Assembly: GCA_900320365.1 (NCBI GenBank) | Contig: ONSC01000007.1 | Span: 1,477-65,476, forward strand | DNA length: 64,000 nucleotides | Direction: 5' to 3' | From: an uncultured Bacteroidales bacterium | Lineage (GTDB): Bacteria > Bacteroidota > Bacteroidia > Bacteroidales > UBA932 | In this document: positions 9,438-19,058 of the stretch, in pieces | How the letters are laid out: every line of letters starts with the position of its first letter | Position numbering within the stretch: the stretch's first letter is position 1 | Program-made: the position numbers and the translations under genes | The notes under the pieces: generated by a model | Database searches by the model: none | Told to the model about the DNA's origin: nothing | Seen by the model: the letters and a program-made list of their open reading frames with translations, nothing else

Positions 9438-10336
9438 GAGAACCGTCTAGGTCCCTCTATTGAACGCCAATAATCAGAATCGAAATCTGAAGGGTGCTTG
9501 TAGGGGCCTTCGTGATCAATTATGAACTCTAGATAGGTTATCTTGTACCCCTGCGCCAGAAACATCTTCTCATAAAACGTCTGAACCTCGAATAATGCTG
9601 ACACGCACCCGTCGGGAGGAGGTGTCCTCCCGGCAACCGTGGCCACCCTCGGCCACGTAAGAGGGGGGACCGCCGGCGAAGCCGGTGGTGGGGTCCGCGA
9701 AGCGGACGTTGAACGGGAGGACACCTCCTCCGACGGGGCACAGCCGTAGAGGTCGGTCGTAGCGGCAAGGATGGTGAGATTGTTTTCGATGGCTACGGCC
9801 TTTGAATATTCATGAAGGAAACGACTGTCCGTCTTGAGATGGATGACCCCGCCAGGCTTGAGGAACTTACGATAACGCTCAAGGAATAAAGGACTTGTCA
9901 GCCTGGAATTCTCACTTTTCAACTGAGGGTCGGAGAAAGTCAGCCAAATTTCGGAAACCTCGCCTGGACCAAAGAAAGCCTCGATGAACTCTATCCTCGT
10001 ACGGAGGAAAGCCACATTGGGAAGATTCTCCTCCGTGGCCGTCTTGGCACCTCTCCAAAGTCTCGCGCCCTTGATGTCGACCCCGATATAATTATTCCCG
10101 GAAACCCTTTTCGAAAGGTCAATCGTGTACTCCCCTTTGCCACAGCCGAGTTCCAGGACTATCGGTTGATCTTTCTCGAACATTGTCGAGTTCCAATGAC
10201 CTTTAACAGGATGGTCATTGAGCCGCAACCCTAAAGAAGGATCACCGCTCTTATCCAACACCGCTGAAGCGTCAGGCTGGAGAAGGCAGGAAAAAGTCTC
10301 ATTCTCCGCGAATTTCCTAAGTTTATCGTGTCCCAT
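9410..10336 (-). CDS. trmB: tRNA (guanine-N7)-methyltransferase carrying a 47-codon in-frame foreign insertion
   Basis: MGHDKLRKFAENE..., IVLELGCGKGEYT, VDIKGARLW, EIWLTFSDPQLK and GGVIHLKTDS are TrmB motifs. At 308 aa it is longer than usual because of the GC-rich block at 9602-9742 (see findings). The 3' end overlaps the convergent U32 gene by 28 nt. Confidence 0.85.
   Translation of the reverse strand: MGHDKLRKFAENETFSCLLQPDASAVLDKSGDPSLGLRLNDHPVKGHWNSTMFEKDQPIVLELGCGKGEYTIDLSKRVSGNNYIGVDIKGARLWRGAKTATEENLPNVAFLRTRIEFIEAFFGPGEVSEIWLTFSDPQLKSENSRLTSPLFLERYRKFLKPGGVIHLKTDSRFLHEYSKAVAIENNLTILAATTDLYGCAPSEEVSSRSTSASRTPPPASPAVPPLTWPRVATVAGRTPPPDGCVSALFEVQTFYEKMFLAQGYKITYLEFIIDHEGPYKHPSDFDSDYWRSIEGPRRFSHSPSTSQR
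9602..9742. repeat. GC-rich palindromic multi-hairpin element (copy 1), in-frame inside trmB
   Basis: About 72% GC by my count. Terminal inverted repeats at 9605-9632 and 9714-9741. Five internal hairpins. A block of about 32 nt is shared with 63002-63032 on the opposite strand. Confidence 0.7.
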
Positions 10337-10775
10337 CGTCTCTCTTGAGAATTAATCCTAACCCCCTTATCGCACCCGCATCATTAACTATTCTTGCCTT
10401 CAAACGCCACTCTCCCGCCTCCGGAAGATCCAGACGGTCTGTATATCCAGTGACAAGATCCTTGGTGTAATATGACTGCCCGGAATTATCCCCGACCCTA
10501 ACGAACGCAGTGTCTGTGAGGATTGAGTCTGATGGAGAGAACCACCTGAGATCCAGAATGATATCATCTCCAGGGAAAGACTTGAAACTCTCACGCTCAA
10601 GCCTAGTGAAAAAGTCAATGCCATAAGTGGCCGAACTGTCAGAAAGATCGAGAAAAAAAGAGTACGTGTCACCATACTCAGCATTCTCCCTCAAGACGAA
10701 AAACTCGCGGGAAGACGGCCTGACACATGATACGACAGCTAAAGCCAGGACATAGAGAAAGACACGCCCTCTCAT
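10323..10775 (-). CDS. gldH: GldH-like lipoprotein
   Basis: 150 aa with lipoprotein signal LALAVVSC. Size and position (directly downstream of the PSP1 and holB-like genes) match the conserved Bacteroidetes holB-PSP1-gldH arrangement. Sequence-level recognition is weak. Confidence 0.5.
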   Translation of the reverse strand: MRGRVFLYVLALAVVSCVRPSSREFFVLRENAEYGDTYSFFLDLSDSSATYGIDFFTRLERESFKSFPGDDIILDLRWFSPSDSILTDTAFVRVGDNSGQSYYTKDLVTGYTDRLDLPEAGEWRLKARIVNDAGAIRGLGLILKRDDGTR

Positions 10776-10781
10776 CGCCTG

Positions 10782-11972
10782 TCAAGAATGATCCTTAGGA
10801 GGCCGATTCCCTTTGCCTCCGGAACGGCCATTACGGTTACGGTTCTTATTCTTCGACTTCTTAGGCTTGTCGAAGCGGGTGATGCTATCATCCCCGACAG
10901 CGGATATGAACTGCGGCCCGATGGGCTCGGGATCATTCTTAAGGGATTCCGGCTTCGAACCGTTACGGTTCATCATGATGATTTCCCTGACCTCATAAGC
11001 CTTCAAAGGGTACACATTGGCCAAGGAACCCTTCTCGTATGAGAAATACATTGTCTCTTGAAGGATATCGGTCTTGACTAGGTAGGCGGGACCATCCTCA
11101 AACTCAAGAGGCTCTGTGACCTTCGGGATCCTGGACTGGGCGTCCATATAATTGGCGACCTCATAGTTGAGGCAGCATTTGAGTTTTCCGCACTGCCCAG
11201 CCAGTTTCTGGGGATTCAAGGAAAGATCCTGCACTCTCGCGGCTGAAGTGGAGATAGACTGGAAGTTAGTGATATAGTTGGCACAGCAGAGCTCCCTGCC
11301 GCAAACGCCCAGACCACCGATCAAGCCCGCCTCTTGCCTTGCGCCGATCTGCTTCATCTCGATCCTGATACGGAACTCCTCGGCATATATCTTTATGAGC
11401 TGTCGGAAGTCCACACGGCCATCGGCTATATAATAGAAGATAGCCTTTGTCCCGTCTCCCTGGAACTCCACGTCACCGATCTTCATGTCAAGTCCAAGTT
11501 CCGCGGCGATTCTACGAGCCTGGATCATGGTGTCCTGCTCCCTGGCGATGGCTTCCTGCCATTTAGTTATGTCAAACGGCTTTGCCCTCCTGTAAATCTT
11601 CTTCAAGGGAACCACCTCAGGGTCAACGCCTTTACACTTCATCTGACGCCCTACGATAGGTCCCTCAAGGGTCACAATTCCAAGATCATGGCCATTGGCG
11701 GCCTCAACTATCACAAGGTCACCTGTCTTGATTCCCTGTCCCGAGGCATTAATATATATACCCTTCCTCGTATTCTTGAACCTGACCTCAAAAAGGTCCT
11801 TGTACTGTTCCTGGGTAACCCCTTTGAGCCAATTGTATGACTCGAGTTTGCAGCACCCCTGACGATACTCGCAATCAAACTCGCCAGTATCCGGCTCACG
11901 GGTGACTGTACAACCCCTGCTACAATCGAATTTTATGGTCTCGTTATCTCTATTCTCCATCGTGGTGGTCAA
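10782..11972 (-). CDS. PSP1 domain protein (YaaT/RicT-like)
   Basis: 396 aa. GVCGRELCCANYITNFQSIS and ...LNPQKLAGQCGKLKCCLNYE are Cys-rich PSP1 C-terminal domain signatures. It has a basic K/R/N-rich tail. Confidence 0.85.
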   Translation of the reverse strand: MTTTMENRDNETIKFDCSRGCTVTREPDTGEFDCEYRQGCCKLESYNWLKGVTQEQYKDLFEVRFKNTRKGIYINASGQGIKTGDLVIVEAANGHDLGIVTLEGPIVGRQMKCKGVDPEVVPLKKIYRRAKPFDITKWQEAIAREQDTMIQARRIAAELGLDMKIGDVEFQGDGTKAIFYYIADGRVDFRQLIKIYAEEFRIRIEMKQIGARQEAGLIGGLGVCGRELCCANYITNFQSISTSAARVQDLSLNPQKLAGQCGKLKCCLNYEVANYMDAQSRIPKVTEPLEFEDGPAYLVKTDILQETMYFSYEKGSLANVYPLKAYEVREIIMMNRNGSKPESLKNDPEPIGPQFISAVGDDSITRFDKPKKSKNKNRNRNGRSGGKGNRPPKDHS

Positions 11973-13063
11973 TAAATTGAGTACAATCTCCCCACAAGAT
12001 CGCAGAAGAGTATCTTCTGGGACACGTTCCTGTCGATGAGAAGCTTAGCCCTGTCGAGGCAGGACAACGCCTGTCTAGGGAAGCTTTTCTTACATCTTGA
12101 TGCCATCGCGGCCAGCCGATCCTCCTCTCCGGGAGTGACACCCGCTATCGAGGGAAGATCCCGCTGAATCAGGAAAATCTTGCGGAGGCTCTCTGACGCG
12201 AATTTACAAAAAGCTTTCTGTTTTTCCCGCGAGCCAAGCCCGGCCAAGGTATCACCGAAAGATAACGCAGATATAAGATCCTTTGAATCAATCGCTTCCA
12301 TTAGCCCGGAGAAAATCTCCATCTGCTCCTCATACTCCTCCTTACCAGATAAGTAGCGAAGCGCCTCACCGACACTTCCTCCAGCCACGAGAGCGGCGGC
12401 TTCAGCCTCATCACGCTCTTTACCGAACCAAGTGACCAATGTACGTGAGATTTCCTCCTTTGAGTAAGGAAGGACCCTCAAAGCCTGGCATCTGGATGAA
12501 ATGGTCTGCAAAACCTTCTCTGGAGCGTGAGTGATCAAGATAAACACCGTCTTCTCCGGTGGTTCCTCCAGCGCTTTGAGCAAACGGTTGGCCGCTGTAG
12601 CGTTCATCTTCTCCGGGAGGTAGACCACCACGGCTTTCCAACCACCCTCGACCGGTGATAAATACACCGTCTCGAGGACCTCCCTGGCCTCTGCGTTGTT
12701 GATAGCCGTCTGCTTGCCCTCTATCCCGAAAGCGTCACATACTTCCGATTCCAAGGCGAACGGATTGGATTTCATCAAATCCCTCCAGTATTCAAGGAAA
12801 AGCTCAGCCCTGAGCTTATCCACTTTCTCATTCACTTTGGAGCCAGCGGCGACGGGATACACATAATGAACATCCGGATGGATAAGTCCCGAGACCTTGT
12901 GATCACTGGCGAATAACTCACCGAGAAAGGCCAGCGTCAAAGCCATGGCTCCACAACCGTCGTTCTCATAGAGCATAAGGGCATGCGGGACACGATCCTC
13001 ACGGATCATGCCTTCCAGCACCTGGGCTGAGCCCTTGCTACCTATGATGTCAACGAGTCTCAT
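11969..13063 (-). CDS. holB: DNA polymerase III delta-prime-like ATPase
   Basis: 364 aa. ...RVPHALMLYENDGCGAMALTLAF..., VVVYLPEKMNATAANRLLKALEEPPEKTVFILITHAPEKVLQTISSRCQ is the clamp-loader delta-prime pattern. It has 4-nt overlaps with both neighbours. Confidence 0.8.
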   Translation of the reverse strand: MRLVDIIGSKGSAQVLEGMIREDRVPHALMLYENDGCGAMALTLAFLGELFASDHKVSGLIHPDVHYVYPVAAGSKVNEKVDKLRAELFLEYWRDLMKSNPFALESEVCDAFGIEGKQTAINNAEAREVLETVYLSPVEGGWKAVVVYLPEKMNATAANRLLKALEEPPEKTVFILITHAPEKVLQTISSRCQALRVLPYSKEEISRTLVTWFGKERDEAEAAALVAGGSVGEALRYLSGKEEYEEQMEIFSGLMEAIDSKDLISALSFGDTLAGLGSREKQKAFCKFASESLRKIFLIQRDLPSIAGVTPGEEDRLAAMASRCKKSFPRQALSCLDRAKLLIDRNVSQKILFCDLVGRLYSIY

Positions 13064-14058
13064 TTATTTCTCCTGGCCGTGAAACCGGCGATTTCCGAAA
13101 GATAGTCTTTTTCATCCGAATCCGGAAGAATATCCAACGCCTCCTTCGCTTTGGAAACAGATTCCTCTAACCTATCCAAGGCGTAATCTATACCTTCATG
13201 GGAAAAGACGAACTCCCTCACAGCGAGAATATTCTCAGGATGTGAACATATATCCATGACCAAGCTCCTGATTCTGGATTCCTCGTCCTTATCAACAGAT
13301 TTCAACGCTCCGAGCAAAGGCAAGGTGATTTTGCCTTCCCTAAGATCAACCCCAACCGGTTTCCCGAGGACCTCCCCATCCGAATAATCAAGAAGGTCAT
13401 CCTTGATTTGGAAAGCGATCCCAAGATTGACACAGTACTTCCGGATAGCCTCCACAACAACTTCAGGAGCATCCACAGAGATGGCGGCCGAGACTCCTGT
13501 GGCCTCGAAGAGCGAGGCGGTCTTGTTGTAGATTATACGGTAATAGTCCTCTTCAGTAGTGTCCCCGCTTGACGCTTTCTGCAATTGGAGCATCTCCCCC
13601 TCAGCCAGGTCGCTCAAAGTCTTAGCGAATATACGTATGACCAAATTGCCCAGCTCAGGGGATGCCAATATGTCTTCCATGGCCCTGACGAGCCAGAAAT
13701 CACCGATAAGGACTGATGCTGGGCCACCCAATAGCGACATGACCGTAGGGGCTCCCCTACGTACCGCGCTACTGTCAGCGACATCATCGTGCAGGAGTGT
13801 CGCGTTGTGGAGGAGCTCTGAGGCTGCCGCGAACCTGATGCTGTCCTCATTTAGGAGGCGATCTGGGGAACAAGCCCTGGCTACAAGAAGAGCGATAAGA
13901 GGCCGCATCTGTTTGCCCCCATTCTCAAGTATGGAAGCGTTGGTCCGGTCAAGAAGATAAATGTCACTCTTCAAGGACGAATGAATCAGCTCATCTGTCC
14001 TTGTCCAATCGCTTCCCAGTAACATCTTTATCCGGTCAAGCATCTCAGATTCAGTCAA
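13060..14058 (-). CDS. ispB: polyprenyl diphosphate synthase (octaprenyl/IspB-like)
   Basis: 332 aa with both Asp-rich motifs: LLHDDVAD and FQIKDDLLDY. Confidence 0.85.
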   Translation of the reverse strand: MTESEMLDRIKMLLGSDWTRTDELIHSSLKSDIYLLDRTNASILENGGKQMRPLIALLVARACSPDRLLNEDSIRFAAASELLHNATLLHDDVADSSAVRRGAPTVMSLLGGPASVLIGDFWLVRAMEDILASPELGNLVIRIFAKTLSDLAEGEMLQLQKASSGDTTEEDYYRIIYNKTASLFEATGVSAAISVDAPEVVVEAIRKYCVNLGIAFQIKDDLLDYSDGEVLGKPVGVDLREGKITLPLLGALKSVDKDEESRIRSLVMDICSHPENILAVREFVFSHEGIDYALDRLEESVSKAKEALDILPDSDEKDYLSEIAGFTARRNK

Positions 14059-14607
14059 TCACTTAAGCAAGTCCGCAAGTTCCCCGACAGTCTCGGGAAA
14101 AGATATCAGTTTCCTGGATGGAGAGTCAAGCATTCCTGTGGCCACATAGTGGTCCAGCAGGGCCTTCAACGGCTCATAGAAGCCATCGATATTCAATGCC
14201 AGAATCTTGCCTTTGTACAACCCGATCTTCGCGAGGGTCAGAGTCTCTATCAACTCGTCGAGAGTGCCTATTCCTCCTGGAAGAGCGATAGCGGCGACAG
14301 TTCCCTTACGCATCCTCACCTTACGCTCATCCATGGATTCGGTCCACACAGTCTCAGCCATGTCCGGATAAAGGACATCCGCCATGAACCGCGGGATCAC
14401 TCCAATATGACGCCCTCCGTTCTTGACAACCTCGTCCGCCAACTCTCCCATGGTACCTTTGACGGTCCCACCGGAGACTATGGTATATCCAAGCGAACAA
14501 GCCGCGCGGATAGCCTCCCTCGCGGCTTGATTAAACTTCGGGTCTATGTCTTTACTGGCCGAGCAGAAAAAAACTATCCTGCGCTCACTGGCCATCCCGC
14601 TATCCAT
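14059..14607 (-). CDS. LOG family protein (TIGR00730-type nucleotide phosphoribohydrolase)
   Basis: 182 aa. GGTVKGTMG and ...ALPGGIGTLDE are the LOG family signature. Confidence 0.8.
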   Translation of the reverse strand: MDSGMASERRIVFFCSASKDIDPKFNQAAREAIRAACSLGYTIVSGGTVKGTMGELADEVVKNGGRHIGVIPRFMADVLYPDMAETVWTESMDERKVRMRKGTVAAIALPGGIGTLDELIETLTLAKIGLYKGKILALNIDGFYEPLKALLDHYVATGMLDSPSRKLISFPETVGELADLLK

Positions 14608-15248
14608 TAGAAGAATATAGCCGCGGAAATGGCAAAGCCATTGAAATTGTTCCCATCCAGGACGCCGCTAATGGTCGATCCGGTCTTGGAGATATCACTC
14701 TTATAAACAGAACCGAAATTCCAGAAATACTTGGCGGAAACCTGGATTTTCCAGATGTCAAGACCAGCGCCAAGGCTCATACCGTACTCCGTCTTTTGGA
14801 GCTGGTCATTGAAAGATTTAGCCTCTCCTTTCCCGTTGGCGGAAATCTGGTAGCCTATAAACGGCTCAACAAATCCATAAGGACGGAAAGCGACAAGATC
14901 CGGACCCCACTGGAGCTGGATAGGAACCTCCACGAAGCCCACCCTTGTCTCAAAAGACTTGCCGATGTCTCCGGTGGTGGCGCTTCCCCAATTATTAAGG
15001 GCCATTCCCTTCACCTGATAAAGGAGCTCAGGCTGGAGAGCGAAACCGGCTCCGAGAGGAATCTCGACAGCGAGACCGGCATGGTACATGGAGATGCTCT
15101 TGGTGTCCACATCTTTGATCTTTGTGGATGAGGAAGTCACTCCAGCGGTGACACCGAACCTGGTATTGTCAAAATGCTGAGCGCTCGAATTAACGCTGAA
15201 AGCGAGAGCCGCGACTGCGACAGCAACAAATAATCTCTTCATAATCAA
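14607..15248 (-). CDS. outer-membrane beta-barrel (porin family) protein
   Basis: 213 aa with signal peptide ...SVNSSAQ, alternating amphipathic beta-strand pattern, and a C-terminal aromatic residue (…AAIFF). Confidence 0.7.
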   Translation of the reverse strand: MIMKRLFVAVAVAALAFSVNSSAQHFDNTRFGVTAGVTSSSTKIKDVDTKSISMYHAGLAVEIPLGAGFALQPELLYQVKGMALNNWGSATTGDIGKSFETRVGFVEVPIQLQWGPDLVAFRPYGFVEPFIGYQISANGKGEAKSFNDQLQKTEYGMSLGAGLDIWKIQVSAKYFWNFGSVYKSDISKTGSTISGVLDGNNFNGFAISAAIFF

Positions 15249-15263
15249 TATCGTTTAGAGAAA

Positions 15264-15605
15264 TTAAAGCATGACGTCAAGTTTGGCTGTGATCTCGGCT
15301 TTAGGGACATTGCCCACGAGTTTATCGACAGCCTGGCCATCCTTGAAAAAGATGAGTGTGGGGATGTTCCTGATACCATACTGGACGGCTATATCCTCGC
15401 AATCATCAACATTGCACTTCACGACTGTCACCTTCCCCTCATACTCTCCGGCGACTGTCTCGACTGTGGGGCCAAGCATCCTGCAGGGACCACACCATGT
15501 GGCCCAGAAGTCAACCAGGACAACCTTATTAGCGGAAATGATTCCCGCGAAATTCTCATTAGAAGCAGTGATTTCCATATTCTGATTCATTAAAAGTCTA
15601 TCCAC
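15264..15605 (-). CDS. trxA: thioredoxin
   Basis: The WCGPC active site lies in the canonical context VDFWATWCGPCRMLGP. The start may be an internal Met a few codons in. Confidence 0.9.
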   Translation of the reverse strand: MDRLLMNQNMEITASNENFAGIISANKVVLVDFWATWCGPCRMLGPTVETVAGEYEGKVTVVKCNVDDCEDIAVQYGIRNIPTLIFFKDGQAVDKLVGNVPKAEITAKLDVML

Positions 15606-15640
15606 AAAGTTAAAAAAAACATCCGGCCTTGCAAAAAAGA

Positions 15641-15934
15641 CTACACCATTCCATCAATGGTCCATTCAAAGGCCCTGAGACCGAGATCAGGGTACTTCTC
15701 ATCCTTTTTCTTGAGGGCATCCATCAATAGCGGAGCCTTGTCGTCCGGAACGAATGTGAGTATGGCGTAATTCTCGGTGGGCCAGGCATGGCTGCCGTAA
15801 TGCGGCTCGCCCTGCTCTCCTCCCCTGCCCTGGATGTCAATCCACTGAGTGAAGCCCCTCTGTCCATGATCATCAAGCAACTCGACGATTTCCTCGCCAT
15901 ATGCCTGGTTATATGCAATAAAAATCGCTTTCAT
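15641..15934 (-). CDS. small PII-fold-like transporter-associated protein (PG0541-type)
   Basis: 97 aa, immediately downstream of the RND pump in the same operon. MKAIFIAYNQAYGEEIVELLD...AILTFV resembles the small proteins found after Bacteroidales RND pumps. Assignment is from memory of the family name only. Confidence 0.45.
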   Translation of the reverse strand: MKAIFIAYNQAYGEEIVELLDDHGQRGFTQWIDIQGRGGEQGEPHYGSHAWPTENYAILTFVPDDKAPLLMDALKKKDEKYPDLGLRAFEWTIDGMV

Positions 15935-15938
15935 ATCA

Positions 15939-18900
15939 TTATGCCGCTTTAAGTGATTTCTTGCTGGATCGCTTCTCCTGGCGTGCAGCGAAAACGCAAT
16001 ACACAGCAGGGATCAGCACAAGCGTGATCAGGGTAGAGAATGACAAACCCCAGCACACTGTCATACCCAGGGAACGCCACATCTCAGATCCCTCACCTCT
16101 TCCCAGAGCCATAGGCAACATACCGAGAACAGTGGTAAGGGTGGTCATGAGGATAGGTCTCAAACGGCTACGGGCAGCGGTCACAGAAGCGTCTAAGACA
16201 TTCATTCCCCTTTCCCGCATAAGGATGGTGTAGTCTATGAGCACGATACCGTTCTTCACGACTATACCCAACAGAATGATGATACCGATCATCGCCATGA
16301 CCCCGAGCGCCGTCCCTGTGAGTCTAAGTCCCAAGATCACACCTATGAAGGCGAAAGGAACCGAGAACATGATCACCAGAGGACTCATGAACGACTCGAA
16401 CTGAGATGCCATCACCATATAGACCAGGATGATAATCAGGATCATAAGGACTATGAGGTCCTTAAACATGCTCTGCTGGTCCTCGAAGTCACCAGTGATC
16501 TCAGTGGAGATGTTATTGGGGATGTCAGTCTCTGAAAGGATCCTATTAGTGGTCTCCACTCCGTCACTCAAGGCATATCCACGGGAGACGATTCCGGTGA
16601 TGGAGATATACCTCTCACGGTTCTTCCTCTCAATTGTCGGAGGAACTTTCGACTCCACGACGGTTCCGAGATCCTTAATTCTGACGGTTCCTCCTAAAGG
16701 AGTGTAAATCAATATGTTCTCAATATCCTCAACACTTGTGCGGAAGCGCTTGTCGTAAATGACCCTGATATTGTACTCGTCTCCATCCTCACGATAGAAG
16801 GAATTCACCGAACCGCTCATCGCCGCGCTGAAAGCGGCGGCGGCGGTAGTGGAATTCAGGCCATTGAGAGCCAGTTTCTCACGGTCGAAGTCGACCTGAT
16901 ACTCGGGAGTGTAATCATCACGGCTAAGGATAACCTGTGTGAAAGCCGGATCTGCCAGCATCTTGGCCTGGACTTCCTTGGCGATCCTGTCGGTCTCATC
17001 GAAGTCATAACCATATATCTCAAGACGGAGAGATGCAGCTCCTCCGACTCCTCCCATTCCCTCAGTGACAGTGGCTTTCTTCACCTCTGGATATTCACGG
17101 AGATCCTTGCGGATGATGTCCGCTATCTCAGAAGAGGAGCGCTTCCGGTTCTCCATCGAACCGATGTTCACATTCATTGAGATGACATAGGAGCCGTTAT
17201 TCTGCATACTTCCGATGACATTCTCAGAGCTAGCCTGGCCATAACGGTACTGAAGAACCTCTATCTCAGGTATTTCCGATTCAAGACGATCCGCTATCTG
17301 TTTGGCGAAAGCGCCCGTCACGCTCTGCTCGGTACCTACCGGCAGCTCGATAGACACGGAAAGACGCCCTCCATCCATTGTGGGGAAGAACTCGGTCTTG
17401 AGTCCGGGAGCGAGAAGAGCGAGCACACCGACAAAGATGGCCAATGCCCCGAATATGACAGTCTTTCTGTGGGTGACTGCCCAAGCTATGATCTTTGAAT
17501 ACCAAGCCGAGAGCTTGTCAAGTCCATTCTCAATAGGATCGAATATCGCCCTGTGAAGTTTCCCTGTCTTGGGACCTGCCTTGAGCATCCTGGAGCAAAG
17601 CATAGGGACAAGGGTGAGGGCCGCGGTAGTGGAGATGATCATGATGATACTCACGATCCAGCCCAGCTGCTTGAACATGATGCCAGCCATTCCTGAGACC
17701 ATCGTGAGCGGAAGGAATACGCAGAGCATCGTGAGGGTGGAAGCGATGACGGAGATACCGACCTCGGACGTGGCGTGTACCGCCGCCTCCTTTGGCTTCT
17801 CTCCTCTCTCCAAGTGTGTGGATATATTCTCCAAAACCACGATGGCATCATCCACAACCATTCCGATCGCGATTGATAACGCGGACATTGAAATAATATT
17901 CAATGTATTCCCCGTGGCGAAAAGATAAACCAGAGAGCCAAGCAAGGCAATCGGGATCGAGAGAACGATGATGAATGTGGCTCTCCATCTTCCGAGGAAG
18001 ACGAACACGACGAGCATAACCACGAGAAGGGTTATGATAATGGTCTCCTTGAGGGAGTTAATCGTGTTCAGGATCTCGGATGAGTTGTCAACGACCTCAG
18101 TTATCTTGATGTCGGAAGGAAGAGTGGGAGCGATCTCCCTGATTCTCTGCTTCGCGGCATTCACGACGTTGACAGTGTTGGCTCCTGATTGCTTCTGAAT
18201 AGCGATCATGGCCGATTGCCGGCCATTCGTGTATGACTCCTGGGACTTCTCTTCCAATCCGTCCTCAACCCTGGCGACATCTTTCAGATAAACCACCTGA
18301 CCACCACGATAGCTGACCACGACATCAAGGAGCTCGGAAGGATCCTTAAACTCCTTCTCAACCCTGAGGGAAAATGACTCAGAGCCGATATCAATCGACC
18401 CCGAGGGGACATTCCTGTTCTCAGAGGCTATTATCTGGGATATTCCCGCGACGCTAAGCCCGTATGCAGCAAGTTTGTTAGGGTCGCAATATACATGGAT
18501 CTCCCTGGAGGGGGCTCCCGCCACGGAAACTGTTCCAACACCAGTCACTCGTCCCAAAGGAGTCACAACCCTGTCGTCCAGTATCCTGTCGAGACCGGCC
18601 ATGCTTTTGTCAGCCGTGGCTGACAGGATCAGCACAGGCATATCGTCCATACCGAACTTGAACAACACCGGCACAGTGGCTCCCTCCGGCAGGGACGAAT
18701 TCACCAGGTCCAGCTTGTCCCTGATGTCATTACTCGCCTCGTCAATGTCCGTTCCGTATTTAAACTCAAGCATAACTATCGAGACATTCTCACGGGAACG
18801 GGACGTAAGGTTCTTCAGGTTCGCCACGCTGTTGAGCGTGTTCTCCAACAGCTTGGTCAAGTTATTCTCAACATCAGAGGCGCTAGCGCCCGGATATGAC

Positions 18901-19046
18901 GACATCACCAAAACGACATTGGCGTCGAAATCCGGGAATAGAGCCACCGAAGTCTTTGTCAGTGAATAGATTCCGAATATCGCGAAAGCCAGGAAGACCA
19001 AGGCCGTCGTGACCGGTTTGCTCACTGCGGATCTTATGACACTCAT
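15939..19046 (-). CDS. RND efflux pump inner-membrane permease (AcrB/HAE1 family)
   Basis: 1035 aa with 12-TM AcrB architecture and typical motifs (…SIAIGMVVDDAIVVLENI…, …VKNGIVLIDY…). Confidence 0.9.
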   Translation of the reverse strand: MSVIRSAVSKPVTTALVFLAFAIFGIYSLTKTSVALFPDFDANVVLVMSSYPGASASDVENNLTKLLENTLNSVANLKNLTSRSRENVSIVMLEFKYGTDIDEASNDIRDKLDLVNSSLPEGATVPVLFKFGMDDMPVLILSATADKSMAGLDRILDDRVVTPLGRVTGVGTVSVAGAPSREIHVYCDPNKLAAYGLSVAGISQIIASENRNVPSGSIDIGSESFSLRVEKEFKDPSELLDVVVSYRGGQVVYLKDVARVEDGLEEKSQESYTNGRQSAMIAIQKQSGANTVNVVNAAKQRIREIAPTLPSDIKITEVVDNSSEILNTINSLKETIIITLLVVMLVVFVFLGRWRATFIIVLSIPIALLGSLVYLFATGNTLNIISMSALSIAIGMVVDDAIVVLENISTHLERGEKPKEAAVHATSEVGISVIASTLTMLCVFLPLTMVSGMAGIMFKQLGWIVSIIMIISTTAALTLVPMLCSRMLKAGPKTGKLHRAIFDPIENGLDKLSAWYSKIIAWAVTHRKTVIFGALAIFVGVLALLAPGLKTEFFPTMDGGRLSVSIELPVGTEQSVTGAFAKQIADRLESEIPEIEVLQYRYGQASSENVIGSMQNNGSYVISMNVNIGSMENRKRSSSEIADIIRKDLREYPEVKKATVTEGMGGVGGAASLRLEIYGYDFDETDRIAKEVQAKMLADPAFTQVILSRDDYTPEYQVDFDREKLALNGLNSTTAAAAFSAAMSGSVNSFYREDGDEYNIRVIYDKRFRTSVEDIENILIYTPLGGTVRIKDLGTVVESKVPPTIERKNRERYISITGIVSRGYALSDGVETTNRILSETDIPNNISTEITGDFEDQQSMFKDLIVLMILIIILVYMVMASQFESFMSPLVIMFSVPFAFIGVILGLRLTGTALGVMAMIGIIILLGIVVKNGIVLIDYTILMRERGMNVLDASVTAARSRLRPILMTTLTTVLGMLPMALGRGEGSEMWRSLGMTVCWGLSFSTLITLVLIPAVYCVFAARQEKRSSKKSLKAA

Positions 19047-19058
19047 AGGTCTCTCTGA

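Noticed and set aside
9538-9768. 76-aa Arg/Pro-rich ORF (MPLRPTSTAVPRRRRCPPVQRPLRGPHH...) across the GC-rich block in trmB.
   Set aside because: It is an alternative frame through the palindromic GC-rich element. High GC suppresses stop codons, and there is no independent start context or homology.
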